Assembly: GCA_964106915.2 (NCBI GenBank)
Contig: OZ066923.1
Length of the DNA stretch: 64,000 nt
DNA from: Podarcis gaigeae
Lineage: Eukaryota
Strand: one strand, 5' to 3'
Below the pieces are notes generated by a model. That model did not search any database, was not told the DNA's origin, and saw only the letters and a program-made list of their open reading frames with translations. The position numbers were made by a program, and so were the translations under genes. Every line of letters starts with the position of its first letter. Position 1 is the stretch's first letter. Shown here piece by piece: positions 13,441-25,630 of this stretch.

Positions 13441-16158
13441 GTAAAGGGTTTCATTCTGGTTTTGTCGCTGCTGCTGTTATTTTCGTGTGTTTACCAAAGT
13501 TGCCCTAATCCACATTCTTCCTTCCTGTGTGCATGCACTTCTGATAGTTTTAAGCATATCCAGATTCAGGAAAAACGTAGCTGTATGTTTGAAAATCTAA
13601 ACTTTCACAAATGTTGCTTGTGTGTAATACTTGTGGAATGCCTTTTCTCTCTCTCGCCCCCACCCTTTCTTAGTTTCAGTTGGTATTATTAGTTAGGAAA
13701 ACACAATGTCCAGTTAGTATAGCATGCATAAAAACTGTGTTTTGGCTCTCTTCTGTTGTTTTAACGTGCTTGGAAGTTTTCTTGCGCAACTAAATGGATT
13801 GTTAAGTGATTTCTATTTCCAGTTGGGAATTCTCTGTTTACAGTCAAATCATTCCTAGTTCCTGTGCCTATAAATCATTAGTGATAGTACTGAGAGATCC
13901 ATTACCTCTCTCATTTGTAAAATAGCTGTCCTTCCTGGAATGTTAAGAAACAGCTTTCCCTTTAATATGTATAGTTTGATGCAGAAACAGTTATCTATGA
14001 ATTTTGTGGTGCTAGTGTGAATTAAAATGCATGTTTGGTTTGTTACAACTACCCCAGAAATGCGGATTTCCTTTGAGCACTTAATATTATATCTTCACTT
14101 GTGTACATTTATGCTTTTTAGGGGCAGATGGGTGTTGTAGGGATTAAAAGTCTGGACAATTTTAGGGGCTCTTGGTTCACTGTTTACCTTTTTTACGCAG
14201 TGTATAAATAGTGGTGTCAAAATTATTTTGGCATTGTGGAAATGAAGGGTCTGCAGAAATCAGTGCAAGAAGACACTTAAATATAATGTTGTTAAAAGTA
14301 ATGATGTTATCAAGGTTTTGAAATAATAGATCGGTTGCCCAGATATATTTGGAGAAGATCTTCCTTGCTCTAAAATTCTTCTGGTGCTTACAATTAAACA
14401 TAAAACTTTTTTTAAGAAAACGTTATATCACATTATTATTCATGCAAGAGTCTACATTCATCAAATTTGACACTGAAAACCAACTGCCATTGTTGGCCAT
14501 TTTCTGAAGTTACTTTAATCCCTTATTTATTTATCTATTTATTTGCATTTTCAAAAACAGGAACAGAGAGCATATTTAACCTCCCCCCCCCGTCCCACTT
14601 ACAACTTCCTTGCCAATACAGCATGTATACATATACCATATGACTTTCCTTCCACACTTTTCCTGGTTCCTTTTGCTTTTTCTACTACTCCCTTATTCTT
14701 GACGAAATTGTCATGGCTGAAATTTACTAAAACCTTTAAAGTGGGGAGGCAATTTGCAGAACATAAATTTGACTTCTGAGTCATGAATTGAATGGTCATT
14801 GAAAAAATGTCTCAGGAACATCATTGACATGCTAGCCAAGGCTTGTAGATGCGCCCAGCATTTCCAGTCTTCTTGCAGAAATAGCAGAAGATAGGGTTTT
14901 TCTTTCTGCCCTCACAATCTGTGAAATCCCTGCTGTTGTGACTAGTTCAAGTCTAGCTCACTGCTCTGGGGGATCAATATTCAGAACCAGTTCAGTAAGA
15001 CTCCCATCCCCATTTGGTAATTCCTTGCTGGTCTGCTCTGGTTTCCAAAATGTGAGGGGAAGGGGGGGAAATGAGCTTCTCACTGTTACCTTGGGGAAGC
15101 CCTTGCCTCATAATCCTCAGGTTGTTTGTAATGCATCCTGGAAAGGAATCACCACGTGCAAAGAATTTTTAAAAGAGAGAAAGTGCTGAAAGAATAAAAA
15201 CAAAGTATCTTCAGAACCAGCACATGGACCTCCAGGTAGCAATTAGATAGGTGGAGACTTGGTTTTTTAAGCCTAAAATTTGGAGAAACCTCACATCTAA
15301 AGGCAATGTACAATCTATTTTCGAAGGCCAAAAGTAATTTGTTGTTATTGTGTTTTCGTTTATAATTATCTGCCGGGATAACTTTAATCAGAGCAAGGAG
15401 TTGGGTCCCTTCTAACTCCACTGTTAAAAGAATGCACACTGTCTAAATAACTTGGGGATACCTGATCATGTATAGATTACAGAAAGTCTTTGGTGTGCAT
15501 TGTACTTGCCCAACTTTCCTAAAACTAATGGTTACATTTGGGAGTCTTTGTGGTCACTGTTGTTTCCTAACTTCTTCAGCCATGTTGTGTTTTATTTATC
15601 TCAGTTGCAGACAAAAATAATCCAATTATTTTGATGCAACTAATACATAGCTAAGTTCAACTGCTCAGAGCACTGACCTGTAAGATTAGCTCAAACTTTT
15701 CATTCAGTTAATGAATATAAGTGAATGTTTTTAACATCAAATTTATATTGGAGAGCTTTCTGAGTTACTATAATACTGAGGCCTGCACTGGTGGGTTTAG
15801 TAGATACTGTATAAAGAAATGTTGCAGGTGAATGACTTCATAGAGCAGGACTCTCTTGGCTTGAACTTTGCCCGTGAAGAGCAGCTGGAGGAGGAGGAGA
15901 GGGCAGAGGGTGAAGAAAGAGCTGAGAGATGGAGGGCCCCATCTTCCCATTCTTTGGACCTTGAACTGTGGACAACCTGAGGAAGTACTGTCTACTTTGG
16001 GCCTGCCCATAAAAACCAAGTCTAGAGTGATACTTTTGTGGGGGATAGGGAAGGTGTAACTGTGCATTTTTGTAATATTCTGTTTATGTTGTCTGTTGTT
16101 GCTTCAGTTTTCTGCACACTGCTTAAATATATTTTAAATATATTAAGCAGTATAGAAA

Positions 16159-16270
16159 TCCATCCATCCATCCATCCATCCATCCATCCATCCATCCATC
16201 CATCTATCTCAATCAAGGGAACTGGGAAACCCAGCCAGATGGACAGGGTATAAATAATAAAAAATATTAT
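16159..16270 (+). repeat. (CATC)n microsatellite followed by an L2-type 3'-tail fragment
   Basis: About 11 ATCC units, then CTGGGAAACCCAGCCAGATGGACAGGGTATAAATAAT. The same tail occurs at about 19355-19452 (+) and 36743-36858 (-). Confidence 0.7.
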
Positions 16271-17482
16271 TATTTTCAAGGCAGAAACAGGAAGTGCAGG
16301 AGTGTTGATGAGACATCCAGGTAGATTCTCCATGTGAACATGCAAGAAGGACTGGCTGTTCATTTTCCTTCTGTATTGTATAAGCTAGTGGCTGTTAAGC
16401 TTGGCAAGTGTGCTGTGAAATAAGCAATACTGCGTAAAGAGATTGTCACATAAGTACAGTGAAATTGCTGCTCTGTTATTAAAGCATTCCTGGACCTTGC
16501 TCTTTAACCAAACCAGAAAATGAATTCGCTATTCAGCTTTAGGGCTAACATTCATGTTTAAAATTAACTACCATGATTCTTCTGTAGAAAAACACCAGCC
16601 AAAAATAGTTATGTGACTGAGATTGAGTTCCAGGCACTCCTCCTTCAGAAGAAATAGGAGCCATAGGATGGGTATCATAGTTCAGGGTTGTTAAATTCCA
16701 TTGAAATTTCCAGTACTGCATACTAAAGATCATGCATTAAAGATTGTGCACATAGTCAACTAATTTATATATTTAACAAGTCTATATTTTTTAAAAAGTT
16801 TTTCAAGAATGAAGAAAGCAAATGCTCTTTATTGTGAGGAAATCGAGTAAAGCCACTAGGGCAGTATTTTTAGAAACAGGATGCCACAGAAAGCTCACAC
16901 ACATACTAGAAGTTTAAAGACTGACCCTTTTAATAGTAACCTTTTTATCATCTCAAACCATCTCACTTTTCCGAATCAGTTAAAGGTTAATTACAATTTT
17001 TCTGCAGATAGAAGTCGTACTTTATAACAAAACCAATTATTTATTTATTTTATTTATTTAAATAGCACTTTAATAACAGTTGACTTCTGTGTGTCTTTGC
17101 TATCCATTCAAAGTCCTGTCCCATGCCTATCCTATTGATCTCCTTCGCAGTTCTCTCTTTTATCAATTATTTTGCAAAGATGAGATGGAAACTCTGTAGG
17201 TGAGCAGTCCCTAGATCAGGGGGTTGGGAAGTTCACAGATTTTGGATAAGATGGCACTCCCTCTGAATTAACAAGTACATGCTAGTTCAGGGGCACTTCT
17301 AGAGCCATCTTTGCCACTGGAGGCCCAGATAATTTCTGTGGCAAGACTGGTATGCAAATTTGGAAGGAAACAACACTTTCTAAAGTAAGTGCAGTTTGTT
17401 TCACTATTTGTAACAATTCCACCCCCCCCCCCCCATTTAGAATATTCTGGGAAAACTTGTTCATATTACTTAGTTCTAGTCA

Positions 17483-17650
17483 CAGGTAGGTAGCCGTGTT
17501 GGTCTGCCATAGTTGAAACAAACAAAAAATTCCTTCCAGTAGCACCTTAGAGACCAACTAAGTTTGTTATTGGTATGAACTTTCGTGTGCATGCATACCA
17601 ATAATAAACTTAGTTGGTCTCTAAGGTGCTACTGGAAGGAATTTTTTGTT
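17483..17650. mobile_element. Penelope-like element remnant forming an inverted repeat
   Basis: GTAGCCGTGTTGGTCTG...TAGCACCTTAGAGACCAACTAAG...CTTTCGTGTGCATGCA resembles reptile Penelope ends. Arms 17521-17577 and 17594-17650 are reverse complements with one mismatch. Confidence 0.7.
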
Positions 17651-19995
17651 GTTGTTATCACTTAGTGTTTGGGATAAAAATTATACATTAGGAAACTAGT
17701 TCCTGCTGATTTGCATTCAGAGTTGCTCAGTATTAAACTTTCACTTCCCACTGGAAATCCTTCAACTTTCTTTGCACTCCCTTGACCTGCCCCACATTCC
17801 CTCCTGAGCAATTTCACAAACTTTAGTTGAGGTGGCCTCAGTAAAGCAAAATGCACAAAAGAAATCTCTTTCTGTCATATTGTACTTTCTAACGAGAGCA
17901 CTTTGAAGTTTGAAGTGGTCCTCTGCAAGATGGAGTGATTTACAAGCCTATACTGTACAGGAAGATCCATATATGCAATTAACCTGTTAAATTGCAAAAT
18001 GTGTTTGAACCACTGAAGGGAAGGGTTTATGGTTTACTGTTTTAGTTTGGGAAGTGGCACTTGGAGTAATGTCCATCCTTATACTACAAAATTGGCATTG
18101 TAAATACAAACCCTAAATAAGAGTATCTGCATTCATACAGAGGATGTACACCACAGTTTTGTCACTGAAATTGATCCTTTCCTCTCTTCCTTTCCAAAAA
18201 GGAGCTATTAACAATGGTGTCTTACTTGTGACTACGTCAGTGCAGGATTTCCATTCTCACAATGGTTTATTCAACATTTCGTTTTCCTTGCACATGTCTT
18301 TCTAATGTTGGTATAAGGGTTTTCTTTCTTAAATTGTGTCTTAAGTTATAAATGACACAATCCAGTCCATTAACTTTTAGTAGCTGCTGCTGCCTAACAT
18401 AGCTTAAGGTTCCAACCCATATCGTCCTCTATGTCACATTTCCTGATGTCACTATTAGGAAATTCATTCTACATATTGTGCTGGCCTCTTGTTGAGTACA
18501 GGTAGCCAAATTCTGCAGCTGTTCTCTCAGAGCATCACATGACAGGGCCCATCTATTGTTTTTACAGCTGCATTTGTGTCATATTTTTCCTAATATCTGA
18601 CAGAATTTTGGAACACTTTTCTTTTAAATGAAGTTCTCCTTAATATTGTTCATCTAGCCAAAGACATTCCCTTAGCTGAACTGATGTAATTGTTTTCTGT
18701 CTTGCAGTGTAAAGCCTAAGCAAAATTGTCATGTGCAGCTCTGGGGTGGAACAGAGACAGTAGAAAGTTTTTGGCTGAAGTAGTCAAAATATGAATTGGT
18801 GTGTCTTGGAAAATACACAAAGCTAAGGATGTGCAAAGGGTTTACAAAAAGGGTATTTAAATCTGTAAATTGTCCTCTGAATTGACAGTGACTATTGATA
18901 GTGTAATAAGAAGTGTAATTCTTACTGGTGACTTCTAAATTATTTGATGGCTATAGTGCCGTAAATTCTGCCTTGTCTATTAAATCACAGCAAACAAATG
19001 CAGCCCTCTGTGTACTAACCTTGAACATTTCTGCTCATTTTAACATTTTAAGGCAGCACAAATTTAAAGAGGTAGAAAATGTTGAGATACTTGAAATTGT
19101 GCGAACTTGGACCTGATGACTTTGTGGTAAAGTCACAAGGTTAAATCTCAAATGAATTTTCTGCATTTTGCCAAAATATTTTCCCCCATTTTATACAACA
19201 CAAGCTTCATTTTCTTATACATTTAAAATATATAAAGAACCAATTATCATGGTTCAGTTCTGAAAATGAATGTTCATGTTTGGAATAGATGCAGTACTTT
19301 TCCTTCCTGTTTAGGGAAGCATTTAATGTTTGAGGCATTACTGTATTTTAATATTTGGTTGGAAGCCACCCAGAGTGGCTGGGGAAGCCCAGCCAGTTGG
19401 GCAGGGTATGTATCAATCAATCAATCAATCAATCTAATTATTATTATTATTATTCCCCGTAGGAAGAATCCCTGTGGAAGTCTAATACTGCAAACAGAGA
19501 CAAAAACAGTTTTAAAACAAAAATTAAAATATGTAATGTGAATCAGCTAAGCATAACAGAATATGCACAGCACTGGCATATATCAAATATTAGTTATGAA
19601 TCAAAAACTGAAATATTAAAATAAGAAATTAATGAAAATACATATAAAACTGGAAATGTTTCTGTCCAAATGATCTTCCTTGGCAGTACAACAAAATAAC
19701 ACAAAATTCTAACCTGTTCTACTAGCATATTTATTTGTTTGTTTATTTTTAAAAAGATGATTAAATATTTACACAGTATTCAAGAATAGCAGGACCAAAA
19801 TCAAATTTGTATAATGCCTAAATGTAGTTAAATGAGATGGAGCAGCAAAAGGTTGACCTAAAATGCTAACCCCATCTGAAGTCAAATGGCCCAGTCAAAT
19901 GGAAAGAACAATAAACTATTCAAAAATCTGGAGCGACTCTGTAAAATATATTCTATTCTTTTAGCAGTGGGCATCAAGCAATAAGTATTCAAGGA

Positions 19996-20377
19996 TAAAG
20001 GTAAAGGAAAGGACCCCTGGATGGTTAAGTCCAGTCAAACTTGGCTATGGGGTGCGGCGCTCATCTTGCTTTCGGGCCAAGGGAGCCAGCGTTTGTCTGC
20101 AGACAGCTTTCTGGGTCATGTGGCTAGCATGACTAAACCGCTTCTGGTGCAACAGGACACCATGGCGAGTAGCAGAGTGCACAGAAATGCCATTTACCTT
20201 CCCGCCACAGTGGTACCTATTTATCTAGTCACTCTGGTATGCTTTTGAACTGCTAGGTTGGCAGGAGGTGGGAGAGAGCGATGGGAGCTCACCCCATCAT
20301 GCGGACTCGAACTGCCATTATTCCAATTGGCAAGCACAAGAGGCTCACTGATTTAGACCACAGCGCCACCGGCCCCC
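19996..20377 (-). mobile_element. Sauria SINE (older, diverged copy)
   Basis: Reverse-strand match to the other copies, with a (AAAGGT)n tail at the left end; TSD degenerate. Confidence 0.85.
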
Positions 20378-21276
20378 TTATTCACGAGTAAAAAGTCTAA
20401 ATCAAGGCAAACAGCCTAATCTTTTCAAAAACTACTGCTGGAAAAAATAATGCAGAAAAATGTCTCTCATTACTGATACAGTGTTTAGTACTTTATGAAG
20501 GAAAAAAAATACAATTTGTGGGTAAAGGGTAGCAGATACAAAATTCACTCAAATGACCAATGGTAAGATGTTGAAGGACCAGTTAAGAGAAATTCATATA
20601 AAACAGGGTTTTATATTTAACTTGTTTACTGTGAAAGAATCCCATGATTCCTCTATGGATGGCCAATTCTGATTAAATATTTTCATAGCTGGGGAGAATC
20701 ATTCCCAAGCCACTTTTTCCACAATAACCTAAAACTTAATGCAGAGCTTTTACTGTGAAAGTTGCCTTCAAGAAAAGGTCTTCGGAGTCAGTGGAAATTG
20801 AGACTTGTCTGGCAATCATACTTATGGCCTGTAAAACCACAGGGCAATGTGACTATTAGGTAGTGGACAGAAGGATAAACTAGCAGCCCAATTCCCAAGG
20901 CTGTCTTTTAACACACTTTTTTGATGTAGTAGAAGCTGAGATTAATTCGCTCTTGCAACAGGCCATAATTGTAACAAACACATTACAGTCACAACTGGAA
21001 ATGTTGAATGTTTTGGCAGCTTGCTGTAAAAATGAGAAATCACCAACCTCTTTGAGCATTGGGCTCTCCAATACCATGCATAGTTTCAAATTGCACTGAA
21101 GTGCACTCTTCTAAAACTGCATGCAGAAGTTAGACTTATCTAGGTTTTCCAAGTTGCTGCTCCATATTGTAAGAGGAGATAAACCACTCTGAACTCGGCT
21201 TCCCATCTTCCTTTTATGAGCTAGCAAGGAAGTCCATATGTTCAGTCATGTTCACAGTTGCCTTTTCTCCTTCCAG

Positions 21277-21438
21277 GTGGCAGCACATGTCCAAAGATCT
21301 TCATAACTCCACTGTGCACGACGAGCAGCACAACTAGACTGTATGAGCCAAACATTGGCAATGAGGTGGCTCAGAAAATAAATGGAATCGTACCAGAGAA
21401 GCCATCTCCACAGCCAGTTTCAATTCCAAAACCACAAG
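21277..21438 (+). CDS. FGD4: FGD4 upstream coding exon of long isoform(s) (GGSTCPKIFITPLCTTSSTT...IPKPQ), 162 nt, phase 1-1
   Basis: Acceptor ccttttctccttccag|, donor CAAG|gtcagt. Open frame joins in frame to exon 29238 (Q-V-PPKP). The peptide resembles the N-terminal extension of long FGD4 isoforms as I recall it. Confidence 0.85.
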
Positions 21439-21643
21439 GTCAGTAGCAGCTCATATCTGTGACCAGCTGTTGACTCTCGGAGGCCACCAAGTCAAGTACC
21501 TTTACCAAATATGCAGTATTTTGTGGCACAAATAAAATGGCTCACTCACACACACTAACTGATCAGGTTTTGTGAGATTGTGGATGCATTGTGGTGAAAA
21601 TAGCAAGGGTTGGATACAATTCTTGTCATCATCATCATCATCA

Positions 21644-21645
<2 letters not shown>

Positions 21646-21687
<42 letters not shown>

Positions 21688-22252
21688 CCGCCCTATACCC
21701 AGAAGTCTCGGGGCGGTTCACAGAATAAAATCCAAATATAAAACCACAAAATAAAAATAAAAACAACTCAATAATGCCCCCCTCAAACCCCCACCACATT
21801 TTAAAAGGGCATAGGATGTCAATCAAATCAACCAAAGGCTTGGTTAAAAAGCAACGTTTTTGTCTGGTACCTAAAGGTGTATAATGAAGGCGCCAGATGA
21901 ACTTCCCTAGCGAGAGCATTCCACAGATGGGGAGCCACTGCAGAGATGGTCCGTTCACGTGTTGCCACCCTCTGGACCTCTTGAGGAGGAGGCACGTGAA
22001 GGAGGGCCTCAGAAGATGATCTCAGGGCCCGTGTAGGTTCACATGCAAAGAGATGGTCCTTGAGGTATTGCGGTCCTGAGCAATTTAAGGCTTTATAGGT
22101 CAAAACCAGCACTTTAAATTGGGCCCAGAAACTAATTGGTAGCCAGTGCAGTCAGACCAGGATTGGTGTAATATGCTCAAACCGTCTTGCTCTGGTGAGC
22201 AACCTGGCCTCAGAATTCTGCACCAGCTGAAGTTTCTCAACCATCTTCAGAT
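21646..22252 (-). mobile_element. L2-clade LINE 3' fragment with (TAA)n tail
   Basis: The minus-strand ORF 21828..22112 (LVLTYKALN.SGPQYL...LRSS...APHLWNAL...KTLLF) is the L2 ORF2 C-terminus. It ends in GAACCGCCCCGAGAC...GGGCGGTATAA and a (TAA)n/(TGA)n microsatellite tail. Confidence 0.85.
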
Positions 22253-22770
22253 GGCACTGCAGGCCTATTTGCCGTAAAGACAATTCCTCCAACTTGCTAA
22301 TTGAGGAAAACTTAGGGCATTTTCTTTATTCCGTATGTTTGTTCAGTCAAAGGTCTGCCCTGAATGGAGTGGGAAATATTCAAAGGTTGTCTTTGCTATT
22401 CCAGATCTGTTCTGCCAACAAACAACAGGCCCTGACCTGGTTTTGTAGAGTGTTAGTTGGTACTTGGTTTCTTTCTGAAAAGCAGCTTTAAATCTCTGGA
22501 AACCAATGGTATCATTTTATATAACTATTGAGTCCCCACCCAGCATGGGAAAACAAATCCAGGGGAAAAAATGTGTGCAATGTTTATACTTGCTTTAACT
22601 TTTTTTTTAACATTATATTGCTGCTATCTGAAGCAAACAACTACATAAATTTAGCCTGGAAAATGTTAGTTATTACTATCCAGGGGTGCAAATAGGGCAT
22701 TAGAAAAGAGCAAGAGTTTTTGGAGCAGGTTTCCTAGTTCTTTACCAGAGTTAAGGCATGGATCCATGGA

Positions 22771-24444
22771 CTTCCGGGTTGGCGCCATCGCCGAATGGCG
22801 GGCTCCCTCCGTGCTCCGGAGGGAGCCGGCTCGGCAGGGGTTGGGTTCTACCGCGCCGGCGACGCGGGGACCCTCAAAAGCCATGGGCACGGAGCCCCAT
22901 GGACATGGTGACTCGGCTGGCACCTTTGCGCCCCTCCCCGGCCCGCGAAAGAGCCTTTTTAAAGGCTAAGGAACGGGCGCCTGGGGGGTGGTGGTGCTTT
23001 GAGTCCGCCGCTTCCCCTGCCGAGCGAAGCCGCATGCCATTCGGTGGAGAGCGCTAGCTTCTTCTATTGAAAATTTGGATCCAAAAGAAAAACCCGTGAG
23101 TAATTGGACTATGGATTAAAAAGAGGGATAAATTTTTAAAATTTGATGCGAACGGGGGAGGTGGAAAAAGGAAGTCAGCCCCCCCTTTATTGTAGAAAAG
23201 ACAAAACAAAGGACTAGACAACTAAGATCGAGTGTAACCCTATCTTGATGAACTAACAACTTCGCGAGGGAAAATTATAAGTTTGAGCTGGAGGAGAAAA
23301 GGAGAATTTGCATTAAAAAGCAACCCCCCCCCCCCGGAATCCCTGGAGCGATCTGCGAGAATACCTGGAGAAGAGTAATGGAGGTTTTGACAGCTGTCAA
23401 AGAGCTGTCAAAACGGAAGAACAAAATAGAGACGGTGTTTTGAGGACTTTGCCAATTACATTTGGATATAAATTGGATACAAATTGTTTCAAATAAGGAT
23501 TAACAAGCTATTTGGACTGGTGGATGTGATCTGGAAGGGAACTCAGTTACGGTAATCCATCTAGAGGAGCTGAGGGATATTGCATGTGTTTTTGCTAGGA
23601 AACTTGAACAGTTGAACAGAACTTTCAACCTCCTGGGAAACTGCAGAAATGGAACATTATTTTGTCTACAGAGGTCTACATACCACAAGAAACAATGGAT
23701 TTATCTGTTGGAAAATGAAAGGGACATGACGTAATGTTTTGCTCCTGAATAACAAGCCCCTGCAGAGGAATTAGAAGCTTTTGGAAAAAGAACCTTTCTG
23801 CGGGAGAACAGGGAAACAAAAAGGAGGAGAGTGACCGACAAGAATAAGGAAACAACAAGAACTGGACAGAACTGGAAGTGGGGACATTTGGGATATCCAG
23901 ATTTGACAAGCTTATGGAAATAAAATTGGAGCTTTTACTCCTGGATACAAAAATCTGGATAGAAGAAATGAGCCCCTTTTTGAGATAGACTCCTTCTAAG
24001 ATTGGACACTTGTGATTAAAAATGACTGGTAAAGAATCAGAGAGATATGGGTTTAGTGAAAGGTGGGAACACCAGGAAGATATTAGAATTGGAGGGATAT
24101 AAGGAACGCAACAGGGAAAGAGGGGAGGGAAATTTGGAATCCAAAGGCTGTAAAATTATTTTTTCTTTCTTTTTGTATTTTTTTTTCATCTGCACTATAT
24201 CTGAAAGGGGGGAACTCGTGGAAGGGAAGACAGATCTTAGGGGATGGGAATTTGAAAAAATTGGGTTATTGACGATGAGTGTAATTTGGGGATAAGAACT
24301 TGTTGAATTTAATTGTTTATTTAGAAGATTTGGAACACAAGAGGGGGGGGAGGGGGAAGTCCTGGTTATTGGAAGAAGTGTATAAATTGGATTTAATTTG
24401 TTTTAATTTGGAAAATCTTAATAAAAATTATTAAAAAAAAAAAA
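22771..24444 (+). mobile_element. Non-coding, probably non-autonomous L1-mobilised retroposon, apparently full length (about 1.67 kb)
   Basis: Perfect 18-bp TSD AAGGCATGGATCCATGGA (22753-22770 and 24445-24462) preceded by TT. CpG-rich 5' end starting (GA)CTTCCGG. AATAAA at 24420 and an A14 tail. No ORF of 100 aa or more. Confidence 0.8.
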
Positions 24445-25099
24445 AAGGCATGGATCCATGGATAAGTGAATGAAGTTCACAGAATGAAAGCTTCCTTTTT
24501 TCTTCACTCTGTAGCCAATTGTGCACCTTGAAAATGCCTCACCATGGTTCCCTTCTGAACCCTGTGGGATGGTATGGATGGGAAGCTGTCCATAACTGTG
24601 TAGGCCTAAGCATCCTATATCACATGTCATCTCCTGAGAGAAGTTTTTAGGGGTGGCGGAGGTAGCTGTAGGCCAAATTAATTTCAGCATTTGTTTAGCC
24701 TTTAAAACAAGGCACAGTATGTGTGTGTTTACAGTGTTTGCTAAGGTGAAACAACATGTGCATAGAGCTCCTCCGCGTGACCTCCAAGTAAGTCACACAG
24801 AGTAGTATTTAAGGGTTTTTTTGGTCCAAAACTGAATGGTTTGTCTAACCAAATTCCTGGAACAGAGTGCACTTTCATAATCATGTAAACAGAGAAACAT
24901 TAGGATAGGCAGTCTGCTATATGTCTATTACTTTGGTGTTTTGGAATACAATGACACAAAATAATGGACTCATGTAGATGCTGAAGCAATGGTCGTCCCA
25001 GTCCTGTACTATCTGTTCTAACAATTCTTGGAACAATGGGATGGGATATGTTTAATATTTAAGTGTTCAGTCAGAATTTTTCTTTAGACAAACAGTGAG

Positions 25100-25630
25100 T
25101 TAGGAGGGACATGACAGAAGTGTATATGATGAAATAGATTAGAAGTTTTCTCTCTCCCATAAAATACTAGAACCTGAAGTCATCTAATGAAGCTGAATGG
25201 TACAATGTTCAGGACAGACAAAAGCTATATATATATATATATATCATTGATAAACTATGGAATTTGCTAGCAAATATATAGTGATGATTGAGGGACGCGG
25301 GTGGTGCTGTGGTCTAAACCACAGAGCCTAGGGCTTGCTGATCAGAAGGTCGGCGGTTTGAATCCCCGCTCTGGCGGGAAGGTAAATGGTGTTTCCGTGT
25401 GCTGCTTTGGTTTACCAGAAGCAGCTTAGTCATGCTGGCTACTTGACCCGGAAGCTGTCTGCGGACAAACGCCGGCTCTCTCGGCTTATAGAGCGAGATG
25501 AGTGTGCAGTCCTAGAGTTGTCAGGGGTACCTTTACCTTTACCTTTATATAGTGATGAACACTAGTACAGACTGCTTTTAAAAGATCAGGCAGATTACTG
25601 GAGTATAAAGCCTTCTGTGGCTATTACTCA
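25100..25630 (+). mobile_element. Degraded CR1-like LINE 3' fragment, interrupted by a Sauria SINE
   Basis: GGGACATGACAGAAG...TACTAGAACC..GTCATCTAATGAAGCTG..TTCAGGACAGACAAAAG resembles the CR1 RT C-terminal coding region. Boundaries approximate. Confidence 0.55.
25292..25546 (+). mobile_element. Sauria SINE with internal deletions
   Basis: GGGACGCGGGTGG head and (ACCTTT)3 tail; ATATAGTGATGA repeated on both sides. Confidence 0.88.

Noticed and set aside
18690-18860. Strong-looking acceptor ttgttttctgtcttgcag (AG ends at 18707)
   Set aside because: There is no convincing downstream donor, and the FGD4 frame would hit TAA immediately; it cannot be supported without RNA data.
22758-23057. GC-rich block with overlapping ORFs, considered as the FGD4 CpG-island promoter or first exon
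   Set aside because: It lies inside a TSD-bounded, poly(A)-tailed insertion, and the ORFs are short GC-driven frames with no recognisable domain.
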